From contig CAVOHZ010000010.1 of NCBI GenBank assembly GCA_963695855.1, positions 1,088,001-1,152,000 of the forward strand: a stretch of 64,000 bases of DNA, read 5' to 3'. A model generated the notes under the pieces. It was not told the DNA's origin and searched no databases. It saw nothing but the letters and a program-made list of their open reading frames with translations. Shown one piece after another: positions 20,841 through 30,613 of this stretch. The first letter of the stretch is position 1. Every line of letters starts with the position of its first letter. A program made the position numbers and the translations under genes. The DNA is from an uncultured Nitrososphaerales archaeon (lineage in GTDB: Archaea > Thermoproteota > Nitrososphaeria > Nitrososphaerales > Nitrososphaeraceae).

Positions 20841-21668
20841 ATGTCATGTCCAAATGGGCATAACACTAACAAGTTAGATATATTCAAAAACAAACCATTC
20901 TATTTTGAGATTGAAAATGATAACGGGGTAAATCGCTGTTTTAATTGTACGCTAGGCCTACCTAGAAAGAACGATATTGCCAATCCGTTATGGGATTACG
21001 AAAAGTTAATTGTTGATGAATTAGAAAATCATAAATATTTATGGATTCTAAAGAGTACAGGTTTAGGAATTACAGAACTATTCTTACGTTATATGTCTTG
21101 GTTATGTCTACGTAACAACGATTATAATAATAGTCAGTTCGTTATTGTCACTGGTCCAAATATTGATTTAGCATTCAAGTCAATCAAACGTCTAAAAACC
21201 ATGTTTATGGATAGTTTCAATATTACATTTGATTCTAAAGAAACAGTTATCGAATTAAATAATGTAAGGATAGAAGCGTATCCTTCAAATCATATTGATA
21301 GTTTTAGAAGTTTAGATAATCCTAGATTCATATTACTTGATTGATGCGATTTCTTCCGTAAAGGAGAACAGGAGGACGTTAGGGGAGTAGCAGAACTATA
21401 CATAGCAAAATCTAATCCATAAATCGAGATGGTTTCTACTCCTAACGCACCTGGAGGCCTCATACAATCAATAGAACAGGAACTTGAAGATACTGCCTAT
21501 ATAAGCGAATAAAACTAGATTATAGGTATGGACTTTATCGAATATATTCGGAAGAAGATATCGAGAAAGCGAAACAGTCACCGTCCCTTGATAGAGAGTA
21601 CGACTTAAAGTATCTTGGTAAGATTGGAAATCTGTATTCACAGTTATCTATTGAGAATGCACTAGCGA
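20841..21668 (+). pseudogene. Terminase large subunit (ATPase domain) pseudogene
   Basis: Walker A-like LKSTGLGITE, Walker B FILLD* (stop at 21342), SNP* (21420), coupling motif VSTPN, frameshift near 21494 into CLYKR..SPSLDREY; nuclease domain missing. Confidence 0.78.
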
Positions 21669-21720
21669 TATACGTTTTTTTAACAATATTTAATATGTTT
21701 ATGCTTTTTAAATATCCTAA

Positions 21721-22371
21721 TTGGATGATGTTACATTTTCTATTCCAATAGTACTTCAAATTCTTGATCTGTTTGGTATCATGGCTTTTGCAGTAACAGG
21801 AGCTTTGAAAGCAATTGAATACAAAATGGATATTGTTGGGGTTATAATGTTAGCAAGCAGTACAGGATTAGCTGGGGGGTTAATTAGAGACGTAATTTTA
21901 AATAGGATTCCCCCAAAGGTCTTGGTAGATCCGTTTTATTTGCTAGTTGCTGTTTCAACAGGTTTGATTGTATTTTTTTTGTATCGTTTTTTTAAGGAAA
22001 ATTTTAATTTATTCTTGAAATTTGATGCTATCGGTTTGGGTGTATTCAGTATAATAGGCGCCAGTGTTGCCTACGAAATAACTGGTCTGAATTTCATTGC
22101 TATGGCATTTGCTGGAATCTTTAGCGCCATTGGAGGGGGAATTTTTAGAGATATAATTGTCAAGGAAATTCCATTGGTATTCTTAAAAGAATTATATGCA
22201 TCTGCAAGTTTTTTGGGTATTACCATCTTTTATATTATGTTATTTTTTGAAATAAATTATTATTTTTCTATGATGATTTGTATAGTTATTATTACAGTAT
22301 TTAGACTACTTTCTATGAAATTCAATTGGAATCTACCTAGATTACATACTGATGAAAAAAATGTGGATTAA
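21721..22371 (+). CDS. TRIC/UPF0126-family membrane protein
   Basis: Two repeats: FAVTGA..GLAGGLIRDV and DAIGLGVF..AIGGGIFRDI. Confidence 0.92.
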   Translation: MDDVTFSIPIVLQILDLFGIMAFAVTGALKAIEYKMDIVGVIMLASSTGLAGGLIRDVILNRIPPKVLVDPFYLLVAVSTGLIVFFLYRFFKENFNLFLKFDAIGLGVFSIIGASVAYEITGLNFIAMAFAGIFSAIGGGIFRDIIVKEIPLVFLKELYASASFLGITIFYIMLFFEINYYFSMMICIVIITVFRLLSMKFNWNLPRLHTDEKNVD

Positions 22372-22526
22372 TGTTAACCTTAATCTAGTACTACTACTAT
22401 AAAACCTACAGATACTTTAGTTCATTTGATTAAAGGAAGAAAAAGGACAAATGATAGCAAAAACAAACCATTTTAATATCGAACAGAAAATAGCGGTGAT
22501 AACAATTTTTCTACATGGATATGTTC

Positions 22527-23186
22527 CTAGTTTTTTACAAATTTAGTTTTAAATATAAAGGATTGCGTGAACCCAACTAATAAAAACGAGAATCCAGTTC
22601 CGAGCAATATTCCTCCAACCACATCTAATGGATAATGAACACCAACATAGATTCTTGAAAAACATACCAATGCAGCTTCAAAAGCAAGTCCCACAAAGAG
22701 AATAGTTCTTTTCATATTTCCACGAAACATGATAGACACAGTAGCTAATCCAGCTGAAACAATTGTTGCATGTCCTGATGGAAAAGAGAATGTATCTGCT
22801 GAAACCGGGAAAGTCTCAACTCCTGATACGTTCGGTCTCGGTCTGTCTATTACATCCTTAATTACAGATACCAAAGGCATCAGCAATATCATGGATATTG
22901 CAGCAATTACTGCGGTCTTTTTTCCTATTTTACCGCCAAAAATAAATAACATAATTAGTATTATTGGCCAAAAAATTTCTCTCCCGTACAATGTAATCAT
23001 GAGCATAATATCATCTACAAAAGGGGGTAAGAAAAGAGAGAGTTGATTCAACTGCAGAAAATAAAAATTGTCAGTTTTTAATAAACCTGTAAAAATTGTA
23101 TCTCTTTCATTATATATAATAATAGAAAGAAAAATGAAAGAGAACAAGCATACAAACGATATTAAAAATATTTTATCCACAACCAA
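22527..23186 (-). CDS. PAP2-family membrane phosphatase
   Basis: K-x6-RP, FPSGH, SRIYVGVHYPLDV. Confidence 0.94.
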   Translation of the reverse strand: MVVDKIFLISFVCLFSFIFLSIIIYNERDTIFTGLLKTDNFYFLQLNQLSLFLPPFVDDIMLMITLYGREIFWPIILIMLFIFGGKIGKKTAVIAAISMILLMPLVSVIKDVIDRPRPNVSGVETFPVSADTFSFPSGHATIVSAGLATVSIMFRGNMKRTILFVGLAFEAALVCFSRIYVGVHYPLDVVGGILLGTGFSFLLVGFTQSFIFKTKFVKN

Positions 23187-23313
23187 TTATTACAATATTT
23201 AACAACTAGAAATATATGATATTAATTTTTTACTATTATGATATATTTATGAGTCCAAGGTAGAATAAGGCACTCTACCCTTATATTTGAATTATATAAA
23301 TTTCTTTTTAACA

Positions 23314-24918
23314 TCAACCTTCTCGAAGTAATTTGTTTACAAGGTCAGCGATCTTTTTTTCTAAAATGTTATAATGAGAATCAGTTATTTTACCTTGTTT
23401 AAATAAATGATCTATTTCTTCTCTTATCTCTTCTAATTGTTTGACTCCTTCAACTCTATCTTGTTTCAATGCATCGTAGGTAAAATCTATTCTATTCATA
23501 ACTTTGTTTAGATTTCTTCTTTCCCTTCTTCTATAGTAAAATCCAGCAAAAATAGAGGTCGAACCTAATATTCCTGCCACCATTCCTATATATGTCTCTG
23601 TTGATATAGAATCCTTGAAATTAGCAGTCAACTGATTATTTTCAGTGACATTAAATGAAACTGGATTTTTGTTAGTTGATACCATATCAGACCAAAAGTC
23701 AAATGACTTTTCTCTAGATGCATGAGCTACACATGTTATCTCAGTATTATGTGGATACAAAATAGAATGAATTGATGGAAATTTGTAATTATTACATTCA
23801 ACTGTTCCTGAATTTTCTGGATTAACATTTACAGATAAACGCACTACAATTTGATCTAGGTTGCTATCGATTACTGAAATTCCATTGAAAGATGTATTGG
23901 ATACATATATCAAGTTTGTATCTGGGTTTACAGCTAATCTACTAGCTACTAATGGAAATGCGACCTCAATAGGCAAATCAAGCGAGGGGTCGATACTTTC
24001 ATAGTTTTCTGCTATTTTAGTTCCCAGGGAGATATCTTTTATTTTTTCACTAGTCGTTGCATTAATAACAGAAACAGTATTGTCTCCAAGATTAGAGACA
24101 TATATTTTGTTTGATAAAGAATCTGCTGCAACATCAACTGGAGATTTACCAACTTTCACTGTAGATTTTATTTTATTTGTATTAGCGTCAATTATTGACA
24201 TTGTATTCGAAAGATAATTTGCGGCATACAGTATGTTTGTTTTTAAATCTATATACAAACCGGTAGGTACAGTTCCAACTGTGATATTATCTAAAACTTG
24301 ATCTGTTTTTCCATCTATTACAGATACAGTAGAATTATCAATATTAGAAATATATATTTTGTTTGTTAGAGGATTTAATGTTATGCCATAAGGAATATGA
24401 TTCAACTTTATCGTTTTTATTACTTCGTTATTTATCCCATCTATAATAGACACGGATTTAGAATCAAGATTTGTCACATAAATTAAGTTTTTGGATGGAT
24501 TTACAGATATTCCTACTGGAGATGATCCAACTTCAACATCGGAAAGCTTTTGATTGGTAGAACCATCTATTACAGATACTGTAGCTGATCCTCGATTGGT
24601 CACATATACTCTATTATTAAAAGGATTGGTATCGAGATCATATGGAAAATTATCTACCAGAATCGTATTTTCAATATTATCTGTTTTACTATCTATTACT
24701 GAAATAGTATTAGAGAATTGATTGGCAACATAAATCATACCTGTTAATGGATTCATATCAATACCTACAGGATAGCTACCAACTATTATCATAGATTTTC
24801 CAATACTGCCTGTCAAATCTTTATCTGTCTGTGCAAAAATAAAAGAGAATGAAAGAAGGAAGATAATAAGAGACAAAGAGAAAATGATAAATGAAAATGA
24901 TAAAAATTTAAAACTCAT
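23314..24918 (-). CDS. YVTN-repeat beta-propeller surface protein, membrane-anchored
   Basis: Signal peptide; about 7 repeats of NP..N.IYV(T/A/S)N..S..VSVID; Ig-like segment; TM followed by YYRRRERR. Confidence 0.9.
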   Translation of the reverse strand: MSFKFLSFSFIIFSLSLIIFLLSFSFIFAQTDKDLTGSIGKSMIIVGSYPVGIDMNPLTGMIYVANQFSNTISVIDSKTDNIENTILVDNFPYDLDTNPFNNRVYVTNRGSATVSVIDGSTNQKLSDVEVGSSPVGISVNPSKNLIYVTNLDSKSVSIIDGINNEVIKTIKLNHIPYGITLNPLTNKIYISNIDNSTVSVIDGKTDQVLDNITVGTVPTGLYIDLKTNILYAANYLSNTMSIIDANTNKIKSTVKVGKSPVDVAADSLSNKIYVSNLGDNTVSVINATTSEKIKDISLGTKIAENYESIDPSLDLPIEVAFPLVASRLAVNPDTNLIYVSNTSFNGISVIDSNLDQIVVRLSVNVNPENSGTVECNNYKFPSIHSILYPHNTEITCVAHASREKSFDFWSDMVSTNKNPVSFNVTENNQLTANFKDSISTETYIGMVAGILGSTSIFAGFYYRRRERRNLNKVMNRIDFTYDALKQDRVEGVKQLEEIREEIDHLFKQGKITDSHYNILEKKIADLVNKLLREG

Positions 24919-25092
24919 GATAATTCAGATCCAGTAATATTTTAGGAGGTATAAAAATAATAGTTTATTTGCGATCAGAATCATCTAGTATATTTTACAA
25001 AAAATCATTATATAAGATTGTAACTTAAAAAATATTGTAAGAACTTATATAAAATGAATATCTATGATTATTCTATCTAAGAGGTATAGAGA

Positions 25093-25494
25093 ATGAAAAG
25101 AAAAAATCTTCTGTTTGTATCAATAATTTCCCTATCCATATTAGTATTAGGAACAATTAATATTTCTGAATCTTACTCGGATGTAAGGCTTATTTCTACA
25201 GATAATGAAGGGGAAGGAGAAGATGATCAGGACATTTTTAGCTCCCTTAGTAGAATGTTAGGTGAAAAAGATAGCGGTGGAGATTCTGGAAAAGATTCCA
25301 GTTCAGAAGAGAAAGATAGCGGTGGAGATTCTGGAAAAGATTCCAGTTCAGAAGAGAAAGATAGCGGTGGAGATTCTGGAAAAGATTCCAGTTCAGAAGA
25401 GAAAGATAGCGGTGGAGATTCTGGAAAAGATTCCAGTTCAGAAGAGAAAGATAGCGGTGGAGATTCTGGAAATGAAGGTAAAGGAACAGAGTAA
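25093..25494 (+). CDS. Secreted acidic Ser/Gly/Asp repeat protein
   Basis: Signal peptide followed by about 4.5 copies of KDSGGDSGKDSSSEE. Confidence 0.75.
   Translation: MKRKNLLFVSIISLSILVLGTINISESYSDVRLISTDNEGEGEDDQDIFSSLSRMLGEKDSGGDSGKDSSSEEKDSGGDSGKDSSSEEKDSGGDSGKDSSSEEKDSGGDSGKDSSSEEKDSGGDSGNEGKGTE
25267..25471 (+). repeat. 45-bp perfect tandem repeat, about 4.5 copies
   Basis: gatagcggtggagattctgga at 25270, 25315, 25360, 25405 and 25450. Confidence 0.95.
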
Positions 25495-25606
25495 ATCCAT
25501 TATCTATTCTAAAAATTGAAAGATATTTAAAATTTTTAAAAAACAATAAATCCTTTTTAATTATGAAATAAAGAATTTATGTGGATCACTAGATAATAAT
25601 TAATGT

Positions 25607-26602
25607 ATGGGCAAAAGCAAAATCAAAGGCAATCTGAGCAAGAATAATACTTTAAGATTTGCATTAATTTCCTCTATTACTGTTGTTATTTATCTTATTT
25701 CTCTATCTATCTCCAATTCGTACTCAGAAGATATTGTCTCAATATCTGAGAGAAACATTTTCAAGGATTCAAATGATAAGTTGAATTTAGTAGGGACCTT
25801 AACAAATATCGGCAAAACTCCATTAGAGGTAACTATAGGTGTAGATGTAAAGAAGCCTTTCCAAAATGAGCCAGAGGTACTGAATAGCAAAACGTTTGCT
25901 AGTGTGCTCTATCCACATAGGGAAGTACCTTTTAAATTTACTATAGAAAATGGAGAGTCGTTTGAAGGATCCGTTTTTGTTGTAGAAACAAAAGAAGTGA
26001 ATATGCCATTATTTGCCACTCTAAAACATGAATATTCAAACATTGCTATGGGAGATGAAAAAGCATTGATAGGAACCATAAAAAATATTGGGTCATCCAT
26101 TATCAATGATGTTGCGGTATATGCATCTGTTCATTCCAAAGATGGTACGCAATTAGATTCTGTAAAAAGTGCAGTAATTCCTATTCTGTATCCAGGAGAA
26201 GAAAAACCTTATAAAATTATTCCTGAACCTACTACAAGATCTTTAGCTTACTACTATAGCTGTGCTGGTCTTGATATAAACAGTCCTAAAACAACTTTAG
26301 ACATAGGAGGAGGAGAATTGCTTCCCTTTGATTTTGAAAGCGCATCTCTTGTGAGCAATTTTATCTATGACAAGTCCTCTGACAGTATTATGTTTACAAT
26401 CAAACCATATAACCCAGAAGGTGGAGATCTAATATTCAAAATTCCACAAAGTAACACCAATCAGAAGATAAATATCAGTATTGATGGAAAGCTGCATAAA
26501 GAAGCAACGATTACAACCGACGACAAAACAATTACAATGAAAGTATCAATACCAGCCGATGAGCATAATGTCATTATTTCAGGAGCTAGAAATGGAGTAT
26601 AA
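25607..26602 (+). CDS. Exported protein with FxLYD/Ig-like domains
   Basis: N-terminal TM; two repeats of G.(L/I).N.G......L.P....P(F/Y)K. Confidence 0.7.
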   Translation: MGKSKIKGNLSKNNTLRFALISSITVVIYLISLSISNSYSEDIVSISERNIFKDSNDKLNLVGTLTNIGKTPLEVTIGVDVKKPFQNEPEVLNSKTFASVLYPHREVPFKFTIENGESFEGSVFVVETKEVNMPLFATLKHEYSNIAMGDEKALIGTIKNIGSSIINDVAVYASVHSKDGTQLDSVKSAVIPILYPGEEKPYKIIPEPTTRSLAYYYSCAGLDINSPKTTLDIGGGELLPFDFESASLVSNFIYDKSSDSIMFTIKPYNPEGGDLIFKIPQSNTNQKINISIDGKLHKEATITTDDKTITMKVSIPADEHNVIISGARNGV

Positions 26603-26951
26603 CAACATATCATCTGTTCCTGTGTGGAAAAGAGAATTTATATAAAATAAATTGTGATAAATTAACCAAGCTCATTCAATTTATCCTCAAATTGATATCT
26701 ATCTACGTCGTATTACGATTCCAATCCTAGAAACATGATCAAAAAGAAATAAATAATGTAAATTTCAATTCAAATAAAAGAGTAAGATATAAAGGAACAA
26801 CAACAAGAAACATAATTATTGTTATGTACAATATTTCTATTACCTTATTACATATTTTTTGCAAATAACCTTCTTATATCCGATTTACGTATTAGAATCA
26901 TACAGTCAGAAACGAAAGTGGAAGAAACTGCGAATTTGACTGTAAATCACA

Positions 26952-27053
26952 CTGGTAAGTACTGACTTGTGCAAAAGGCTTACCGGAAAAAACTGATGGG
27001 TCGCAATGGGCCAAGAACTATCTGGCCCATTGCATAATCTATGTTGTAGTCAG
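26952..27053 (+). ncRNA. Candidate structured RNA (two stems plus a possible pseudoknot)
   Basis: CTGGTAAGT/GCTTACCGG stem; perfect GCAATGGGCCA/TGGCCCATTGC stem; loop CTGACT complementary to AGTCAG. Confidence 0.3.
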
Positions 27054-27098
27054 AAGTTATTATTAGAATATAATATTTTAACAGTATAAAAGATAAAA

Positions 27099-27386
27099 AT
27101 GAGCAACGAGATAGTTGATCAAATGTCATTTAATCTGGTAAAAGCTATCAAGAATACCCACAGAAATCCAATAAATATAATTTTGCATGCAGTAGGATTA
27201 GTCCTATATTGTTTTGCACTATATTTGATAGCGGATGATTTAATTGGAGAAGGACAAAAAATGGTTCTTGGTATATTTTCTTTTATCACTGCAATAGGAC
27301 TATTTTTGATTGGTCACAAGATCGAAGGAAATATTAGAGCAATTACGATAATTATTTTACTAAAATACATCAAAAGTAAAATATAG
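27099..27386 (+). CDS. Small membrane protein (DUF962/Mpo1-like)
   Basis: THRNPINIILHAVG..FLIGHKIEGN histidine motifs and two TM segments. Confidence 0.7.
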   Translation: MSNEIVDQMSFNLVKAIKNTHRNPINIILHAVGLVLYCFALYLIADDLIGEGQKMVLGIFSFITAIGLFLIGHKIEGNIRAITIIILLKYIKSKI

Positions 27387-27544
27387 CTTACTAAAAATAA
27401 TAAAACAAGTCTATCATATTTACTATAAAGATCCATGTTTGTTCAGTTTAAATATATTTTCTATGATAAACTATAGTACTTTAAATATTAACAGTAAAAT
27501 AATTCCAAAAAAGTTATAGTTTAGATATTACATAATATTATTAG

Positions 27545-27784
27545 GTGAGACACATGAACACCTCCAAGATAATAAAAAAAGGTCAAAATAGCTTATTTTT
27601 CAGACATGAATATCTTAGAGATAGTCTTTCGCAAAAATACAGAGAATGTGAATCGTGTAAAACCAGAACACAATTTACATGTTTAGTATGTGGATTTTGT
27701 TGGAGTTGTCATTGGAAAATTGAACAGCTTTCAAAAATTCCAGAACACTTTTTAAAAGATTCAGTAAGTTTTAATAAAAAATGA
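27545..27784 (+). CDS. Small zinc-finger protein
   Basis: CESC..CLVC..CWSCH. Confidence 0.65.
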   Translation: MRHMNTSKIIKKGQNSLFFRHEYLRDSLSQKYRECESCKTRTQFTCLVCGFCWSCHWKIEQLSKIPEHFLKDSVSFNKK

Positions 27785-27869
27785 CAAGAAATTTTTCTCG
27801 CTTAAAACTACAGTAAATAGCAACAAACAGCATAAAAACTATTATTACCAAACAGTAAAAATATCAAAT

Positions 27870-28223
27870 ATGGATTTTGATAATTTGTGTAAAAGGATAC
27901 TAGACATGGACAAAAAAGTTAGGTTTGCAGGTGTATGCGACGAATCTGGCGAGATAAAATATGGTAGTCAGCGAGAAGGCGTACAAAATATTTTAAGCAG
28001 CGAAGAAACCAGGAAATCAAATCTGCAAGCCTTGGCAAGATGGGGTCTTAGAAATTCATTAGCACCAAAAATCGGCAAGGGCAAGTACGCAATGGCAGAA
28101 TACGAAAAGATAAAGAGAATAACTATCCCGCTACCAGATGAACATCTCCTACTGGTTACAACCGAGGTAGAAGCAGACCATGGAAAAATCATTAATAATA
28201 TCATAAGTTTATTAAGTGCATAA
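27870..28223 (+). CDS. Roadblock/profilin-like thaumarchaeal small protein
   Basis: ILDMDKKVRFAGV..G..REG...GKGKYAMAEYEKIKRITIP pattern. Confidence 0.75.
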   Translation: MDFDNLCKRILDMDKKVRFAGVCDESGEIKYGSQREGVQNILSSEETRKSNLQALARWGLRNSLAPKIGKGKYAMAEYEKIKRITIPLPDEHLLLVTTEVEADHGKIINNIISLLSA

Positions 28224-28229
28224 CAATTC

Positions 28230-28463
28230 ATGGTGGAGGCATTTGTCTTAATTACTTGTGATTACGGGCAGGAAGAAAAAATACTTGAGGAATTAGATAA
28301 GATAGAAGAGATACAAGTAATCAACAGATTAGGAGGTCCATATAACATTCTTCTTAAAATAAATTCAGAAACTATCGATGAAATAAATGAAATTGTTACA
28401 GGACAGATAAAAACAATAGACAAGATAAGACATACTTTAATGTTAAAAATCAAGACAGATTAG
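28230..28463 (+). CDS. Stand-alone Lrp/AsnC ligand-binding (RAM) domain protein
   Basis: AFVLITC..G.E..ILEEL...GPYNILLKI..I..I..IRHT. Confidence 0.85.
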   Translation: MVEAFVLITCDYGQEEKILEELDKIEEIQVINRLGGPYNILLKINSETIDEINEIVTGQIKTIDKIRHTLMLKIKTD

Positions 28464-28630
28464 TTTAAGATCAGATGTTTATGTAAGACATTGTTTTATA
28501 TCATGTAAAGTATTATGAAATCAGGATGAAACTTATATGCATGTTCCAGTTTTTCAGTAGTTCGTTGTCTATTTAGAAGAATTTTTCAAGATCAGAATAA
28601 CATTCCTTAATTATAAAAGCTATTGATAGG

Positions 28631-29017
28631 TTAGGTCAATTTCTCTTTTTTCGCAATCCATTTTCCTGATTTTCTGTCTAGAATTATACTACCTACTATG
28701 TGTCCCTTATTGTATACTTTGGCAATTTCCTTATTAATTCCCATCAAGGACAGAAGAAAAGAATCTTTTTCGTGATATCCAGATTCTATAACCTTCATAC
28801 TGAGTTTACTGCTAGTTTTTTTAATCAGGTTTCTTGCGAATGACCAATCTCCTTTCCAATAAAAAACTTTAAAATTGCCGAAATTTACTGTTGACAGTGA
28901 ATATCCTTCAAGTTTGGCTTCAAATTTTTTATCATGTTGTAAGGAATATGAATTCATCCATTTTATGGCCTCTTCTGCCTTTCTTTCCTCAAGAGCAAAA
29001 TTATCAGCACTTGCCAA
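28631..29017 (-). CDS. Hypothetical protein
   Basis: 128 aa ORF filling the intergenic space, divergent from the DUF99 gene. Confidence 0.65.
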   Translation of the reverse strand: MASADNFALEERKAEEAIKWMNSYSLQHDKKFEAKLEGYSLSTVNFGNFKVFYWKGDWSFARNLIKKTSSKLSMKVIESGYHEKDSFLLSLMGINKEIAKVYNKGHIVGSIILDRKSGKWIAKKEKLT

Positions 29018-29085
29018 TTAATCATAAGAAATTATAATCCAGATTAAATACTTGACGTTGTTTTATTATATATTAAAACAGACAT

Positions 29086-29670
29086 ATGAACAAAGAGAAA
29101 AAGTTACATCTAGATAAAAAAGGAATCAGAGTATTTGCAATTGCTGAAAGTTTCAAAAAAGAAAATTCAATATCCATCATTGCTGGAATTGTAATGAGAA
29201 AAGATCTAATAGTTGATGGTGTTGTTTTTGGAAACGTTACTATCGGGGGTAATGATGCTACTGACAGTATCATATCAATGATAAAGAATCAGGAAAGAAA
29301 TGATATCAATCTTATTTTATTGGACGGTATGATAATTAGCATGTATAATATCATTGACGGAGAGGAGATCTTTAAAACTACCAGTATTCCGATTATTGCT
29401 ATCACATTCAAAGATTCCTTTGGTATAGATCAATCTATTAAAAACTATTTTCCAGATAATTATAAAACGAAGATTGAAAGTTACAACAAATTGGGAGAAC
29501 GTAAGAAAATCGTGTTGAAGACTGGAAAATTTCTGTTTATTAGAAATTGGGGAATAACTATTCAAGATTCAATTGATATTATTAATTCTTTCCTCATTCA
29601 AGGAGCAATTCCAGAACCTATAAGAATAGCAAAAATGATAGCAAGAGCACATGTTAGAATAAACAAGTAA
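29086..29670 (+). CDS. DUF99/UPF0215 family (endonuclease V-like) protein
   Basis: GIRVFAIAESF, GGNDAT, ILLDG..YNIID, IPEPIRIA. Confidence 0.88.
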   Translation: MNKEKKLHLDKKGIRVFAIAESFKKENSISIIAGIVMRKDLIVDGVVFGNVTIGGNDATDSIISMIKNQERNDINLILLDGMIISMYNIIDGEEIFKTTSIPIIAITFKDSFGIDQSIKNYFPDNYKTKIESYNKLGERKKIVLKTGKFLFIRNWGITIQDSIDIINSFLIQGAIPEPIRIAKMIARAHVRINK

Positions 29671-29759
29671 AGAAGAAATACTAGACTATCTATAAAAATG
29701 AAGAAAATAATAGCCAATAATTATATCTCATCTTCATAGTAAGAAGATTTTTTTAATGT

Positions 29760-30335
29760 CTAACTTTTTACAAATTTAAAGTATATAATTCTAATACGTT
29801 GCGTATCTCCTTTGAAAATCTTGAGGAAATAGGTGTTATACTGTTCATGAGGCCCTTCGGAACAGTCTATTGTAATGAATCCTATCGATTCAAAAAATTC
29901 TTTCAACCAAATCATTTCTCCAAAAAATAATTCATCAGATACAGGTTGTAACAATGCATCGGTGATTTCTGTGATTAGAATAAAACTACCTTTATGTTCT
30001 AACTTGTTGTAGATTATTTTATATAACTTGCTCCATTTTTGTTTATGATTCTTATCTATAAATTTTGGATCTGGCAAAATATAAATAACTTTATTGATGG
30101 AATTATCCCCGAATAATGGAAGAACCTCATCAAAGGAATTATTAATTAACTTTACATTATTTGATTTAATATTGGATGAAGCTTCTTGAAAACGCTCAGT
30201 GTTAATTTCAATCCCTATAAAATAGTTCTCTTTCTCTTTCTCTGATAAATCTTTGATTAATCTTCCATCTCCCATTCCCAATTCAACTACCAATTTGAGG
30301 GATTTTGGCATTTCAGAAAGGAGTTTTTTATTCAC
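29760..30335 (-). CDS. Class I SAM-dependent methyltransferase, similar to tRNA m7G46 methyltransferases
   Basis: VELGMGDG motif I, FIGIEI motif II, YILPDP segment. Confidence 0.75.
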   Translation of the reverse strand: MNKKLLSEMPKSLKLVVELGMGDGRLIKDLSEKEKENYFIGIEINTERFQEASSNIKSNNVKLINNSFDEVLPLFGDNSINKVIYILPDPKFIDKNHKQKWSKLYKIIYNKLEHKGSFILITEITDALLQPVSDELFFGEMIWLKEFFESIGFITIDCSEGPHEQYNTYFLKIFKGDTQRIRIIYFKFVKS

Positions 30336-30613
30336 TAACGTAATTTAGAATTTCAGATGATTTTTTATACATTTCGTTATTAATCGAATATATTTAAAAT
30401 TTTATTTGTTATAATGATATTCTCATATTTTCAATGGAACAAATACTGCTGATAGAGATGATGAATTATTTCCCAAACAATACTAATTGAGAGATTAAAA
30501 TCAGTTTTGGGTATCTATAATTTTTTACCCTATTGGCTAGACAGCGTTTTAGATGACCCAAAATATATTCTATTGGTAAACCAACAATAATTGGCCAAAG
30601 AATGTTAAGAAAT

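Larger units (their letters stand above)
18675..21719 (+). mobile_element. Decayed provirus or virus-like integrated element remnant
   Basis: Co-oriented broken integrase, replication-gene tail, Zn-finger ORF and terminase pseudogenes; boundaries tentative (TAAATATCCTA direct repeat). Confidence 0.75.

Noticed and set aside
21342-21344. Selenocysteine or read-through at the TGA in the terminase Walker B (and at 19375)
   Set aside because: Accompanying TAA/TAG stops and frameshifts indicate ordinary pseudogenisation
25247-25546. Alternative-frame repeat ORFs, and a possible CRISPR-like appearance
   Set aside because: The 45-bp units abut with no unique spacers and no cas genes are present; this is a coding VNTR
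26952-27053. Assignment as an HDV-like or hammerhead ribozyme, or a fluoride or c-di-GMP riboswitch
   Set aside because: Only partial resemblance; the required core nucleotides (HDV L3 and J4/2, hammerhead CUGAUGA..GAAA) are missing, so it is kept only as an unclassified candidate
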